From Schmidtea nova (lineage: Eukaryota): DNA of 64,000 bases. Positions 36,215 through 49,448 of this stretch are shown piece after piece; positions within the stretch are counted from its first letter, which is position 1, and each line of letters starts with the position of its first letter. The stretch is from NCBI GenBank assembly GCA_044892505.1, contig CM097882.1, positions 209,374,001 through 209,438,000 of the forward strand, written 5' to 3'. A model generated the notes under the pieces. It saw only the letters and a program-made list of their open reading frames with translations, was not told where the DNA came from and did not search any database. The position numbers and the translations under genes are program-made.

Positions 36215-36439
36215 AAAATGGGCATTAAACCTTCTATCGGTAGCCCTTGGACCCAGGAGATATTCGGTCAATCATAGTTTCGAATTTTCGACACACTGAT
36301 AGCGAATACCCTCCCATTTGTTGCTTTACCAACGTTACATTGTGATGGGCAACAAGATGGTCAATCTAATGTTTTGTGTTGAGTTGTTGATGAGAGCCGT
36401 AGTAACGTCAAGGTCATATTGACGATCAACAACCCACCA
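36215..36439 (+). ncRNA. Conserved structured RNA element at LTR 3' end (copy 3)
   Basis: Near-identical to copy 2 amid more diverged LTR sequence; compensatory TTGTTGC/GCAACAA. Confidence 0.7.
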
Positions 36440-38289
36440 GTATAATGATTTGTTTTTTTATTATTTGTGTCGTTGTGGACATCGGATAACCCCCCAAATT
36501 ATTTGCGTGCATTATGTTGGAAAATTTAATTATTTTATCATTATTATTTAATGTAAATTTGAATTTGGCTTGCTATAGAAAATTGCTATAGTAAGCCTAA
36601 TTATAAATAAAGGAAATCGATTGTTTTTAATATACAAAAGATAGATTAGAAAATTGTGTACAGAAAAGGAAATATAGAAAATTGATCAGAAATTTAAAAC
36701 GATAAAAGAAATTGCCAAAGCAGAAAAAAGAACAAATAAAAATAATAAAAATAGAATTAAAACTGAATAAAATTTTATAGAAGTCATTTCAATAACTATC
36801 AAGATTACCAAAGAGAAAATTATCCACACAAAAATTACAAATACGAAAGAAGATTTTAAAGTATATTTATCATGGAACCTACTAGCAATTATCTGAGAAA
36901 ATCTGAAACAACCGCAATTACTAAAGAGTAGACAAAAATTTGTAAAATATTTGCTTATCAATTCTAAAATAAATAAAGAACATTTCTAAATACTCCAAAG
37001 AAACGTTTCAGTGAGTAAATATCTTTTTAGTTTCATAGTGTTAACTTTAATAAATGTTTTGTATAACTCGTTTCGTTAACTAATTTGTTCGATATTTGTC
37101 ATTATAATTATATACTCAAATATACAAGCATACAAGCACCACACATATATTTATACGCATTCACCTCGACTGACAGAACATAAATCGGTGACTCTCTCGG
37201 GTTCTAACAAACTTCTTTACATACTTGCGAAATTACAAACACAGCATAAGTATTAATATATAAAGAAAACATAGTAAAATAACATTATATATATGTATGT
37301 GTGTGTGATGGAGGCACTACAGTGTACTATACTTAGTACTTTTGTTCATTTTTAATTAATTTTTCGAAGTGTTTTGATTGATATTCTCTTCCATAAATTG
37401 AAGTTACTTACATATGCATGTTGTGTTTCCGTTGCAGTCAAAAAATGTTGAATTTGTCAAGTTTGTGCCAAACATTATATATTTTTATGTATTTTATTAA
37501 CATAAGGATTTATTGATTCAAAAATTCATATTAATTATCTTAAACTTAATAATATTGAAGCAATTACTTTTTTGAGTTTAGATTGTTACACATTTAACAT
37601 TAAACTTTCTTGTTTAAATATAAATATTGTACGTCCTTCAACAACAACCAAAAATTCTTAAGCGGAATCCAGCTCAATGAGAATTTAGCATGCCTGCATT
37701 AATCTATTTTTTTGTGTCTCAATTTTTAATAATAATATTTTACAAAATCGATTAACTGTTTAATTTTCATTTTTACAAACAATAGACCAAAATCAAAATT
37801 AAAGTAATTGATAAAAGATTGAGAGTAACGACGATTAAAGATTTAATATTAACTTGCTGTATATTTTTCTTATTATCTTAAGTATATATAAGATAAACAA
37901 TAAAAAATAACTAGTTTATTTAATGACTTATTTTTGTTTGTTTTTATCTGGTGATAACCAAGCATGTATATTGGCAGCTAATAATAGAAACAAAATTTCC
38001 AATAAAATATAGCTGTTTTAGATCATATAAATAACTTTAGAATTTTGTTTTAAAAATCTTTCTTTAAATTCTGTAGTGTGAATTCTAAAATCAAATAATT
38101 AGACTCGTTTTTCCTCAAAATTTAATTTATGCCCAATCAGCAAGTACTTTAAGATTTTAAGACTACAGTAGCATCGAATACTCTGTGAGTTATGTGTGTT
38201 TGTGTTCATCACTGTCAAGAGAATACAAGCAAATGAGGATAGGAAATATTTTCTTAACTATCAAATAAAAATAATTGCTACTTTGAAAA

Positions 38290-38912
38290 TGAAGAAGGAC
38301 TCCTTCGCCACTATTGAGACTCCTTTGTTTATTATTCCGAAAAGCTATTCAAAGGGAAAACAATGCCTTTTTCCAAATGTAGAAAATCAAGATTCCAAAT
38401 TTAATGAGACCAAGGTGCTAGACCAATTAAATGATGATAAAATGATTATTAAAGAAATTAAACATGAAAATATCATATCTGATGTTATTCTAAAAAATCA
38501 TGAAAACAAAAAGAAATTAGTCAGTTGCCCAGGGGGGAATTTGGATTTGTCTCATTATGAATTTACGCCTAAAGACGCTTCTCATTTGACAAATGTTTTA
38601 AATATGGAACTCAATAAAAATCTAGATCCTGATGCCATTGAAGCTTTAATTGAGGAGAAAGAAAAAATTTCTAGAAAAAAGAAAATATTTAGGAGACCAA
38701 GGAAAAACAGCCGTTTAGAAAAAATTATCAATTTCCTTGAAGACAGAAGAATCAAAGAAGGCAGTGAACTTTATCAACTCGAAGACCTTAAAATGCCAAA
38801 ACTTAGAAAATTTCTAAATATTATATTTGTAACTTTTGGTATACTTTTTCTACTGGGAGTCATTATAGTCATTATTTACTCAACATTCAGGTATATTTTC
38901 TTTTTTTTTTAA
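38290..38912 (+). CDS. Hypothetical protein with C-terminal TM helix (possible host gene exon)
   Basis: ~207-aa open frame from MKKDSF in otherwise ORF-poor DNA; IIFVTFGILFLLGVIIVIIYS; possible donor CAG|GTAT near 38890. No family recognised. Confidence 0.45.
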
Positions 38913-40131
38913 ATTTAATGAAAACTAATTTTAATTTAGCGATTCTTAAGTGAAAATTCTTCCTTCAAATGCCTTTCGTGGTTGATTTATTATAATTTTC
39001 ATTTTCAGTTAAATTCTAAAATAAACATTGAATTTTATTTAATAACAATTTTCTTTGTAACAATTTATTTTTTAATATAGATCATTCTCGAATATCCGCA
39101 ATGTTAATATTAATAAATTTTTATCATTTTTAAATAAATAAAATATAATTTTGAATAAATTCAAGTTTAAATATTTTTTTAAAAAGTTATAGTAATCCCT
39201 TTTTATTATGTCGTTTAATTTAAAATAACATCGAAACAATGTTTTCAATTTAAGATCTTGATATTTTTTAACCCTTTCGTTACTAGAAATGTATGCATAC
39301 GTTTTTGTTGATATGGGTCCGGTGAACGAAGAACGTATATTTTTGATTGATATTTTTAGTGAGTTAAAAGATGAAAAACATAATGATGTATCTTGCAAGT
39401 GCGTATATTAATGCAACCGAATGAATACGTTGCTATATTTTTATAATAAACAAACTTGTCAAAACCTGCAAAAGTTACTCAAAAAATACTCCGTAATGAA
39501 AGGGTTTAAAAATATTAATTGCAGTTTTTTACTTAAAACTTTGAATAATTGGTTATTTCAATACATTTTCACCATCGAGACAAAATTCGCTTATCCCGTT
39601 AACATATATATTCTGGCTTGAGGAAGCGACAAACTCTACTGATTTCTGAAGATTTTGCCAGCAAGAAAATTGTCGAAACTTTTTAAAAATGCGTAGTGTA
39701 TTGGTGAGAATTCATGTGGATGAGGCAAGGGTTTGTAGGTCAATTCTAAAAGGCTCTATTGCATTAGTTGTGTGACATGTTGCTCAGTGCTGTCATGCAG
39801 AAAGATTGGACTTTTTTTGTTAAGCAATGCTATACAAAGAAGCCTAAGTTTTTGATGGACTTCATCGATTTGTTTGGGTTGTTAAAATTAACATAAAATA
39901 AATTTGAATGGCACAAATCAATAAAAATACGAAAATTGGAAAAATAATAATTAATGTGTAAACATTAATTAAAATTTTATAAAAAATCGAAATAAAGTTT
40001 GAGAGAGGGAAACTGGTATGGGAGGATGCCAAATGATGAGATGAATTCGAATATGGGTATATAAAAATAAAAAGGGGTTCCAGAAAAAAATATTTAAAAT
40101 ATACAAATTAATTAAAATAATTAATTACTCT

Positions 40132-40878
40132 TGTTGGGTTATTATTCGGTTAAGATCGGTTTACTGACCTGACTCCTCGTGCTCTTTAATGATCGAATTC
40201 AATGAACCCAACACAGAACAATTTATTCACGATCAACACAAATTACAATTTTTGTTATACACACTTTTGATCAATTTACGCTTTCTTTTGGATTCGGATT
40301 TGACTCTTTAGTTAAAAGGATGCTTTCTCACTTTGTCTGTTCATTTCTTCAGGATCTTTCTTTATTTGTTTTCGAAACTTTTTAATATTCTCTTTTTTAA
40401 CTATCAACTCGTCGGCCCCGTCCTCTGTTTTGCGCTGCCTTTTATAGTTCTCGCAAATAGCAATTAGGTTTTATCGATACCTAAAAGTTAACCAATCTCG
40501 AGTTTAATTGTTTTGCTAACCAATTATTTTAATTATCCTCGGATAGATTTTTCCTAATTGCCCCGAATTTGATCTCTCGGGTCTCTTTGCGCTCGGGTTT
40601 TCCTCATCGCTCGGGTTTTCTATTGCCTCGGGCTTCCCATTGTCTCGGACTTCCCATTGAGCGATTAATTAATTTTAATTAGTTTGTTTTTATTAAATAA
40701 CTTTCTCTGGGGACCCCTTACTAAATTTCTATTATTATTTTTGGGTTTGTCTTTTGATTTGGCATTCAACCATACCCATTTTCCCCACTGAATATTAATT
40801 TTAAATTTTTGATAAATTTTAATTAATTTTTGCACTTTTATTTATTTTACTTTTGTGATTTTTATATTAACCCCAACA
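40132..40878 (-). mobile_element. 747-bp solo LTR, related family, opposite orientation
   Basis: TGTTGGG...CCCAACA termini, imperfect TSD CTCT/CTAT; the flanks rejoin into the host LTR. Confidence 0.8.
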
Positions 40879-42796
40879 CTATAGAAAACCCGAGCTAATA
40901 AGAAACCCGAGTTTATTGGAAACCCGAGCGATGTGGGAAACCCGGGGCGTCAACAAAACAATTAATTAAAAGAAATGGAATAATCGAAGGTTGCCTCAGG
41001 GAAAGAAGCCTCAAACCCACTTAGCAGCAACTCCAAAATTATTTTTTTAATTGACAAATCCATTAAGGTATTACAGGAACAATCGAAAAATCACTATAAA
41101 AGGCAAGTCAAAATTGCAGTACTGGCCAGAGTGGTCGAAGATAAATTTTAGGAATAAAGAGAATTTTGCAAACTAATAGAAGCGATTGGAGACAACGCTA
41201 AGAGAAAACCAAAGATAAAACTTGAATTTACTCGGTTTTCTTGCGTACCAGAAAGGGAGAAATCCCATTGGGTGTTCTACACTCACGCAGAAGAGTACAG
41301 ACACTTGTTGGGCCCGCCAAGTGGTCTAAAGAGACAAAAATAATAGGACAATTAAAACAAAAAAATAATAAAAATAATTACCTAAAACATAGAAAATCTA
41401 AATTTAAAACCAGAATTAAATAAATAAATAATAATAAATAAATTACCAGCAAGGAGAAAGATTTGAAATTTACACCAGAACAAGCAGCAGGGGGCCTGAA
41501 ACAGAAAAATTAAGAATAAAATAAAAATAAAATAAAAATAAAAGTACAATTAATTGAACAATTACATTAAAAATCAAGACCCCCCAGTAAGAAACCTGAA
41601 TCGGAAATAAAATATTATTTACAATAGAATAAAATAAAAGACAGGCTTTGATGGACGGCCTGATCCTGATTGGTCAATCTGACCAACTGGATCAGTATAA
41701 ATACCGATCCGAAAATCACTAATTTCAGCAATTTTTACAGCACCTAATTTTGAGCATTAGTTTTAAAGAATTTGTTAGAGCATTTTTCTACAGCATCTAA
41801 TTTTGAACATTTGCTTTAAAGAATTTGAATCTTAGCCTGATCATCACCAACTATTTTGTTGATTTGAATCCCTTTCGAATCGGTATGGAACAGTAAATTT
41901 TATTTTTATTGTATATGCCCATGATTTTATCATTTGTATGAATTTTAATTACATTTTTTAATTTTTTAATTTTTATTCAATTTACCACATATATTATTCA
42001 TTTATTTTCAGTATTTTATATGAATAGATATGCTTCCTCGACTGCTCACGCGGCGAGGGAGCCATAGTCGACGTCGTGGAGAATCGTAGCTTCACACGGC
42101 GGTTACACCTTTTTCTAAAGTAGGGCCATTCAGATGAAAGGGGATGTTCAATGATGTTAAATTTTAGTAATCATTATTTTTACTTTGTTGCACATAGTGA
42201 CAAGCGAGATGAACCAGGTCGAGAGGCAAAGGGTAGGTACAAGGGTTTGGTGATCATAGCAATTATTCAGTAATTAAATGACAGAATCTAAAGCTTTTAG
42301 CGCCCAAATGTTCAAATGGCGTAGAGGTTTCAGAAGGAAGTGCCCATTCTCTATTTGGGCTGATAACGATGATCGTATACTGTATCGAGGAGGCCCAGGA
42401 TAGCCGATTTCCAACCGAAATTATCCTCCAAAGTTCGGCCGATTAGTGATCATCGTAAAGGGTTCTGATGGGAGTCCCGGACAACTGGTATATTTGGGAC
42501 ACATTCCCCGAAGCGAACTCAATCAATTAGGGCTTCATGCATTTATCCCACCACGATCGTTGGGGGAAGAATACGAAACAAATCAACCAAATTTCTCGCT
42601 GGCAAGGCTACGAAAAGCAGACATCAATCAGGAGCTCCATATTATTTTTAGAAATAAACATTAGTATCGTGGAGGCTTGTATTAATAAATAAACGTTTTG
42701 TTAAATTCGAATTGTTTTTCTGGTTGATTTTCTATATGTAAACGAACATTTTAAATCTTAACTAAAGTAGAGATTTCAACTCATTAAAATTGAAGA

Positions 42797-43389
42797 ATGA
42801 ATTCAGAATCGCCGCAACAAAGAGAAATTGACAAATTATGGAGGATCCGAAGGGCCCAAGATAAAGAAATGGCCCAAACAAAAGCTCAATTAGCCAAGGC
42901 AGAAGCACAGTTAGCTCATCTGCGCAAGAGTTGGTTTGCTCCTGCTCGAATGAAGGATCAGATAAGCAAAACCGAGCGGTCTCAGAGGACCGCAGAAGAT
43001 TATAAAATGGAGTGGGAGGCAACTAAGATTGAGCTGTGGAAATGCCTCCACTCAGTAACTGCGACATACATCGAGCGGGAATTAAAATCTCAAATCAGGC
43101 CGGTGACGTATCAAAGGTGGATCACCGAGAAAATCCCGTGTGTTCAATCGGCACGGATGTCGAAGGTCTATCTGGGATAACCTTGGTAAAGTCACAACCG
43201 GTTGCCATTGGCACTCCTTCAAACTACACGCACCTAAAAAGAAAACGGATCGGTCAAAAACGAAGGAGGCAGAAGAAACTTTTTGCCCAACGACTACAGG
43301 CCCAGGTCGACGGTTTATCTAACTTATCTGAATTGGAGCTGTTGTCCGAAATTTTTCCTCCAGAAGGGAATTTCACTCAAATGTTATAA
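42797..43389 (+). pseudogene. LTR-internal ORF (homologue of 4861-5331), frameshift near 43170
   Basis: Protein-level similarity including the basic tail KRKRIGQKRRRQKKLF versus KKNKMGARQRRWKKQF. Confidence 0.75.
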
Positions 43390-43550
43390 CCAATAAATCG
43401 GCTACCGTTTGTGCTGACATCTTTGTTATTTCCTGCTGTAAAGTTTTAATTAATTAAGATAAAAATAAATGGGACAGAATTATTGTAATCAACACAGTTT
43501 TTGTAAAAACTAAATAATAAATTCAAACAAATTAAATAATTCATAAATAA

Positions 43551-43787
43551 AGCGTAAGTTCTCCTAACGGCAGCAATGAACCCGTAAACATAAATGGGGA
43601 GTAGTTCTAGCGATAGAGCTCACCTGCCCATCATTGTTTAAACACCTTGCGCATCACCAATTTGGTTATTGAGGGAAAATAACCGAGGGCGCTCGAGTGA
43701 GAATAGCAAACATTTATGTATGGTCATGGATGGGAATCCCTAGCCACCATTAGAATTTTTAAATCTAAGCTCTCCATGATCCCAGCA
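43551..43787 (+). ncRNA. Conserved structured RNA element at LTR 3' end (copy 4)
   Basis: Compensatory stems relative to copy 1; AGTTCTA-GCGA-TAGAGCT GNRA hairpin. Confidence 0.7.
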
Positions 43788-46206
43788 CACTATTGCAACT
43801 TTCTGTGATTTATATTGTTGTGATATTTTTGAAAATAAAGATTCCTGTGTTGGTTCAATTTATTTTGTGAACGAAAGAACACCGGAGTCAGATACCAACC
43901 GACTTCTCATTAAAAACCCAACAGATTTCAACACAATACTTAGTCGTGATTGAGAAAGCTATAGTGTATAATGTCGGCAGTAAATTACCAAACAGTCACC
44001 TTAACCTTTCTTTGATAAAACTTTGATTTTGGAAAGTGTTTCGGTGCTTCATTCTTTTCCAACTATTGATAAAGATACCTTCTGTTATCGCAAACAATCT
44101 ATTTTCCATAACTATTTAAATCAGACATAGATATAAAAATATATTATTCTGAAGACAAATATCCAACACTCACATATAAAGTTCTTCACTGCATAACATC
44201 TAAAAAAGGACTTTAATAGTTTACTCATTATTGATACAGAAAACCTACAAACACATTTACATACCAACATTAAATTACAATAATCAAACATTATAAATAT
44301 TTTCTAATCTAGAAACAACGATTTTGACATATTATTACATAATAGGTTTATTTAATTAATTGTGCAATATCTAATTTTTCCTTACAATCGCACAGCACTT
44401 TACAATCAATAAATGGGTTTTTATTGTTATGTAATTGAAGCGCGATGCGGACCTCGTAGCGACGATTCCTTTGATTCTCGATAAATTCCTGCGGCACCTA
44501 CTTGTCAAGCTTTTTTGCCTTTCCAATTTGTTTCAAATGACAAACAATGATTAAATAACAAACACCGACTTCTTCCACTACTTCTCACGCCAATTTGAAT
44601 GGGTCTGGTTTGATAATTACCTTTAATTGGTCTACTAAAACAACAGAGGGGAAGTCGCGATCTTAATTGCCTTCAAGTTTGATTTCCCCACTTCGAAACT
44701 TTTTAAACCAATGAATGACACATATTTCAACATATTTACACAACAATTGTTACAAACTTGATTAATACTTTAAAATTTTCTTGTTTCACTATACCCTAGT
44801 TTAAATTCGTAATAATAAATTTGGCGAAAATCCGGTTTTGACATATTTTTATTAAATTAGTAAAAGTAAATAAAAAAATAATTTTAATTAAAAATGACAT
44901 CTAATCAGAATGATAATAAAATAACCTTTAAATCGATAAGTAATTTTGAGACATTTTTTAATTATCATTGAGATTTATCATAAAATTATTAATGTCAAAC
45001 TTATCTTGGCACCAACTTAATAATAAAACAATAAGTAAAACATCAATTAATGCAGATAACAGAATTTCATAATTATTAAGTAATTTAAATGTTTTGGAAT
45101 CTTTCTAGTGTGGTGACCCTTTCATGATATTTATCAAGTTGTGATGATCCCGGCGATAAATTTTGTTTTTTAGACAGAATTCGTTTTATTTCTGTTATGA
45201 TTTCATGTTCCTAATTGAAAGCTAAATGAAAAATTAAATGAAACAAAAATTTGAAAATTAAATCAAGTCGATGCAGTTCACTAGAAAAGATGGTTCACTA
45301 GTGATTGAAAAATAATCTAAAGAGAGTAACACCAAACTCAACTCTAAAACAATGATTAAATAATCATCTGTTATTGTTTTTTCAAAATTAAAAAGAAAGT
45401 TGACTTTTATTGCCAGAAGTTCGCAATGGGGTGTTGGATGAAATTACTTTACAAAATAAATAAATTATCTATCAAATCACATATATTTCACATAAATGCG
45501 AAAGTTAAAATAGTTAAAATATGAATATTTGAAACAGTTATGGGTTTAATTTTATCCATTCAAAATTCAAATTTAAATTCCATATATTTATAATATTATC
45601 AAAGTAGTGATTATTAAAACACTGATATTTTTAATATCATCTCCCCCTTTTCTAAGAATTTTTTAACCTTTTCTGCAATTTGATTCTTTTTTTCCATATA
45701 CTATTTCAAATGTTGAAAATTCCGTGAAGCTCTGTTGATTTGCGTAAATGTTGAATTCAATTCGTAGTAGTAATTCAAACAAATCTTTTCTACACAATTA
45801 TTTTTAAATGATGTTGTTTTCGTGTCTCTTGCAATTCATATTACACATTCAACTAATTCATTTGATTGATGTTGGTATGGTGATATTAATTCCTGTTTAA
45901 TGTTTAATTCTGCCATCTATTTTTCATATAATAACTTTCAAAATATTAAAGTCTATTTGTAAAAATACTGACTGGTTTACTAAATCGATATAACCAATAA
46001 TGCAGAATATGTTAAAAAATACATTGATCATTCATTTTAGATACTACAATTGGACAGTTGGACAGTTTTCTATGTCTTTCAATGATAACTACCAAATATT
46101 CTTTTAGCTTCTGCCTTATCCACATATGCAATATCTACTATGATTTGTTCAAGAAAATTTCTACTTTGTCTCAGAATCATTATTTCTTTAATTTTGCTTT
46201 GATTTA

Positions 46207-47629
46207 CAGGGTTTTTCAATTGAAATCAGATTTTTTTCAAATGAATTCAGAATATTTTCAAATGAAATCAGAATTTTTTCAAATGAATTCAGAATTTTTT
46301 CAAACGAAATCAGAACTATTTTAAACGAAATCAAATTCAAATATGTATATACAATATCCATAAAATATTAATATTTTTCAAAATTAATAACCATATGACA
46401 CCTCCAACAACAAAATCGCAATTGAGCAATGCTGCGAGAAAACTTATATGTATCAAATTTGATTCCGGCCAAAGCGTAAAAAAAATTGCTGCAGATCTCG
46501 TTATGAACTATAAAACTGTTTATAGTATTATTAACATTTACAAAACGACAGGAAGAATTGATAAAAACGAAGATAGAGGGTGCAAGTCCAAAAAATTGAG
46601 CAAAGAGCATTTAGTTTTTTTAAAAGAAAAAATTTCCGATGATTGTTCTACTCCGTTGAGATGTATGAAAAGAAGTTTGAGTGAGTCTATGAATGTTAAC
46701 GTATCGTTGGCCACAATTCATAGGTCGATCAAGGACTTTAATTTCTCTTTTAAACGAGTAGCTGCTCGCAACACTGCGGAAGCTATTGAGCGCAGGTATG
46801 AGTATGCCAATGAATATTTGGCATTAAACGAGGACCATGTCTTTTTTCTTGATGAAAGCGGTTTCAATTGCTCGATGAGATTGGGATATGGACGAAGCGA
46901 AGTAGGATCGCCTGCTCGGAAAGAAGTGAGAAGTATACGAAGTAAAAACTATTCAGTGTGCGCAGCAATCAGCAAAACGTCGATTTTGAATTTTGAAGTT
47001 GTAGAAGGTGGATACAATGCAGAGAAGTTTGAAAATTTTGTCTCTCAATTTATAGGAAATCTGCGATCGAAAGGAATATCGACAGGTACGATTATAATGG
47101 ATAATTGTACAATACATAAAAGTATTGGTGTACGCGATTTGATCAATAATTCTGGATTTACGTTACGCTTTTTACCACCCTATTCGCCGCAATTAAATCC
47201 GATTGAAGAGTGTTTCTCGAAATGGAAATCAATTGTCAAATCGGCTAATGTTCTAAATGTAATCGAGTTAAAAAACGCTATTGAAATGGGACACAATTCG
47301 ATAACCACGGAGGATTGTATCGGATTTTTCAACGACACGAGAAGGTTTGCATTAAAGGCGGTAAGAAGAGAAGAATTCTGATTAAAAGTTTTAACTACCA
47401 ATTTTTACTCAATCATGATTTCATTTAAGTGTATATAATATTTCATTAACCATTTAAATTCTGAATTCAATTAAAAAGTTCCCATATTTATTTAAGAAAT
47501 TATGATTTCGTTTAAAATAGTTCTGATTTCGTTTGAAAAAATTCTGAATTCATTTGAAAAAATTCTGATTTCATTTGAAAATATTCTGAATTCATTTGAA
47601 AAAAATCTGATTTCAATTGAAAAACCCTG
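46207..47629 (+). mobile_element. Tc1/IS630-like DD34E DNA transposon, apparently intact
   Basis: ~127-bp TIRs starting CAGGGTTTTTCAATTG with internal ~18-bp repeats; TA TSD on both sides. Confidence 0.95.
46395..47381 (+). CDS. DD34E transposase (HTH + DDE_3-type domain)
   Basis: FFLDESGF, IIMDNCTIH, LPPYSPQLNPIEE with 34 residues between D and E; uninterrupted 328 aa. Confidence 0.95.
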   Translation: MTPPTTKSQLSNAARKLICIKFDSGQSVKKIAADLVMNYKTVYSIINIYKTTGRIDKNEDRGCKSKKLSKEHLVFLKEKISDDCSTPLRCMKRSLSESMNVNVSLATIHRSIKDFNFSFKRVAARNTAEAIERRYEYANEYLALNEDHVFFLDESGFNCSMRLGYGRSEVGSPARKEVRSIRSKNYSVCAAISKTSILNFEVVEGGYNAEKFENFVSQFIGNLRSKGISTGTIIMDNCTIHKSIGVRDLINNSGFTLRFLPPYSPQLNPIEECFSKWKSIVKSANVLNVIELKNAIEMGHNSITTEDCIGFFNDTRRFALKAVRREEF

Positions 47630-48006
47630 TATATTTATTTTCGCACAGACGAGACATAGCTTTAAGTAATATTGTATAGTATTTAATATAGATGGCCAAA
47701 AATAATTGTCTTTAAGATAATTATAAACTTTCTTTGATTCAAGGTGACATAAATCTTTATTTATTCTGATCACAAATTCTTTAGCAAAATTGGATGAAAT
47801 CAAAGCTGCAAAGTTGTGTCCTTCTTCTAATACTAAAACTTCATCAATTATCTTTAACTTTTTCTGTTTTTATATACCTGACTAATTTTAGTATTGTGTC
47901 AAAGTAGTAAGATGTGTCTCCGATAACTTACTTTTGGTACTATCTTACTACTTGTCAAAAGACAGTAGCTAAAAGATTTTTATTAATAACTTTTATATTA
48001 ATAACT

Positions 48007-48132
48007 TATTAGGTTATTAATGATTAGTCGTTTGGTATCTGGCTACTTTGTTCTTTCTTTAACAACAATAAATTAAACCCAACACAATAATCTTTATTTT
48101 CAAAATTTCACTACACAAAGCAGAGAACAGTT
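48007..48132 (-). repeat. 3' part of a solo LTR split by the pPolB element
   Basis: Reverse complement matches 43792-43923; degenerate terminus TATTAGG preceded by AACT. Confidence 0.8.
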
Positions 48133-48164
48133 AGTAGGGAAAAGTGAGCGCACAGCCCCACTTT

Positions 48165-48960
48165 TTTCAACTAGCAACGGTTGCTAGGGTAAATACACAC
48201 ATCAAGATATTCCTCAATTCAGGTGTTGTCAGGGTGAACGTGCACACACATCAATATATATTACCCGATGAACCTGTTGCCAGGGTAAACACACACACAT
48301 CAAAATATTCCTCAAGACAGGTATTGCTAAGGTAAGCACACACATTACTATATAATTACCGGGGAGATGTTGCTAAGGTAAATACACACATCAAGATATT
48401 CCTCAATGCAGGTGTTGCTAGGGTAAACACACATCAATATATATTCCCCGATGAACCTGTTGCCAGGGTAAACACACACACATCAAAATATTCCTCGAGG
48501 CAGTTATTGCTAAGGTAAGCACACACATTAATATATAATTACCGGGAAGATATTGCTAGGGTAAATACGCACATTAAAGTGTAATGCATTGGAATCTGTT
48601 GCTAAGATAAACACGCGCCTATAAAGAGTCCCCAAGGAACCTGTAGTTAAGGTAAACACACGCACACATCATTATATATTCACTGAGGAACCTGTTTCCA
48701 GGGTAAACACACACACACATCAATATATATATATATATATATATATATTCATATAGCCAGATGTTGCTAAAGTTAACACACACATCAATATATAGTCCTG
48801 GGGAAGATATAGTTAAGGTAAACACACAGATCAATATATAGTCCCGGGGTAAATACACACATTAAAGTATAGTCTCCCTGTCACTATTGCTAAGGTAACC
48901 ACACATGTTAATATTTAAGTCCTGAAGTAACTATTGCTAAGATAAACACACCATTGTGTA
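48165..48960. repeat. Subterminal ~45-50-bp minisatellite of the pPolB element (mirror at ~61935-62720)
   Basis: Repeated core GCTA(A/G)GGTAAACACACACATCAA. Confidence 0.9.
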
Positions 48961-49448
48961 ACCCCCATGACTACTGTTGGTAACGTCAAAATACACAACA
49001 TATTAATTATTATCCGTACCACAAACGAAAACATGTTCTTTACTTAATTAAATGAAATTTTTGTTTGAATGTACTGGCTAACATTTTGAGTAATGGTTTT
49101 TTTAACTGATAACTTTAGAAAATCGAATGTGGCAACTATGAAAACAGATGGAATTAATTCGAGAATTGTGACAATAGTCAAAATTTTAAAGACGATTCAA
49201 CAGAGTGCAACTGCAAGAACAGATGAAATTTATTAATATTTGTAAACAAAAACAATTATTTTTACAATAAATAAAAACGAATTACACAAATCCTTAAAAT
49301 ATTACACTAATCAGGTGAAAACCCTGAACGATAAAACCAATTCAAATCTGGACAACACATAAAATTTTTAAAAACAATTAATCATAACAGTCTAAAGAAA
49401 TATAAAACTAAATATAATGAAACCAATTATTTTTTAACAAAGTTTTAT

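Larger units (their letters stand above)
27604..36439 (+). mobile_element. ~4.4-kb solo LTR (outer), split by a related solo LTR
   Basis: TGTTGGG...CCCACCA termini, GTAT TSD on both sides; halves 27604-29920 and 34342-36439 join collinearly with the inner copy. Confidence 0.9.
41306..43787 (+). mobile_element. 2.5-kb solo LTR related to the LTR at 3336-5845
   Basis: TGTTGGG...CCCAGCA termini, CACT TSD; shared promoter, internal ORF and 3' RNA motif. Confidence 0.92.
39871..43923 (+). mobile_element. ~0.8-kb solo LTR hosting two nested LTR insertions
   Basis: TGTTTGGG...CCCAACA termini, GATT TSD; segments are homologous to the reverse complement of 62765-63544 plus 48007-48132. Confidence 0.85.
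45637..47950 (-). pseudogene. Degenerate Gypsy integrase region, split by the Tc1-like element
   Basis: CHLESKKVYNYLKDNYFWPSI...CLVC (47632-47800) continues past the TA site as FLEQIIVDIAY...YLVVII; PPT-like AAAAGGGGAGATG at ~45640-45652. Confidence 0.75.

Noticed and set aside
27604-36439. Two simple tandem duplications or tandem host genes
   Set aside because: TSDs and termini show nested solo LTRs.
44300-44800. Possible coding or LTR fragment of moderate GC
   Set aside because: No sustained ORF, termini or motif I could support.
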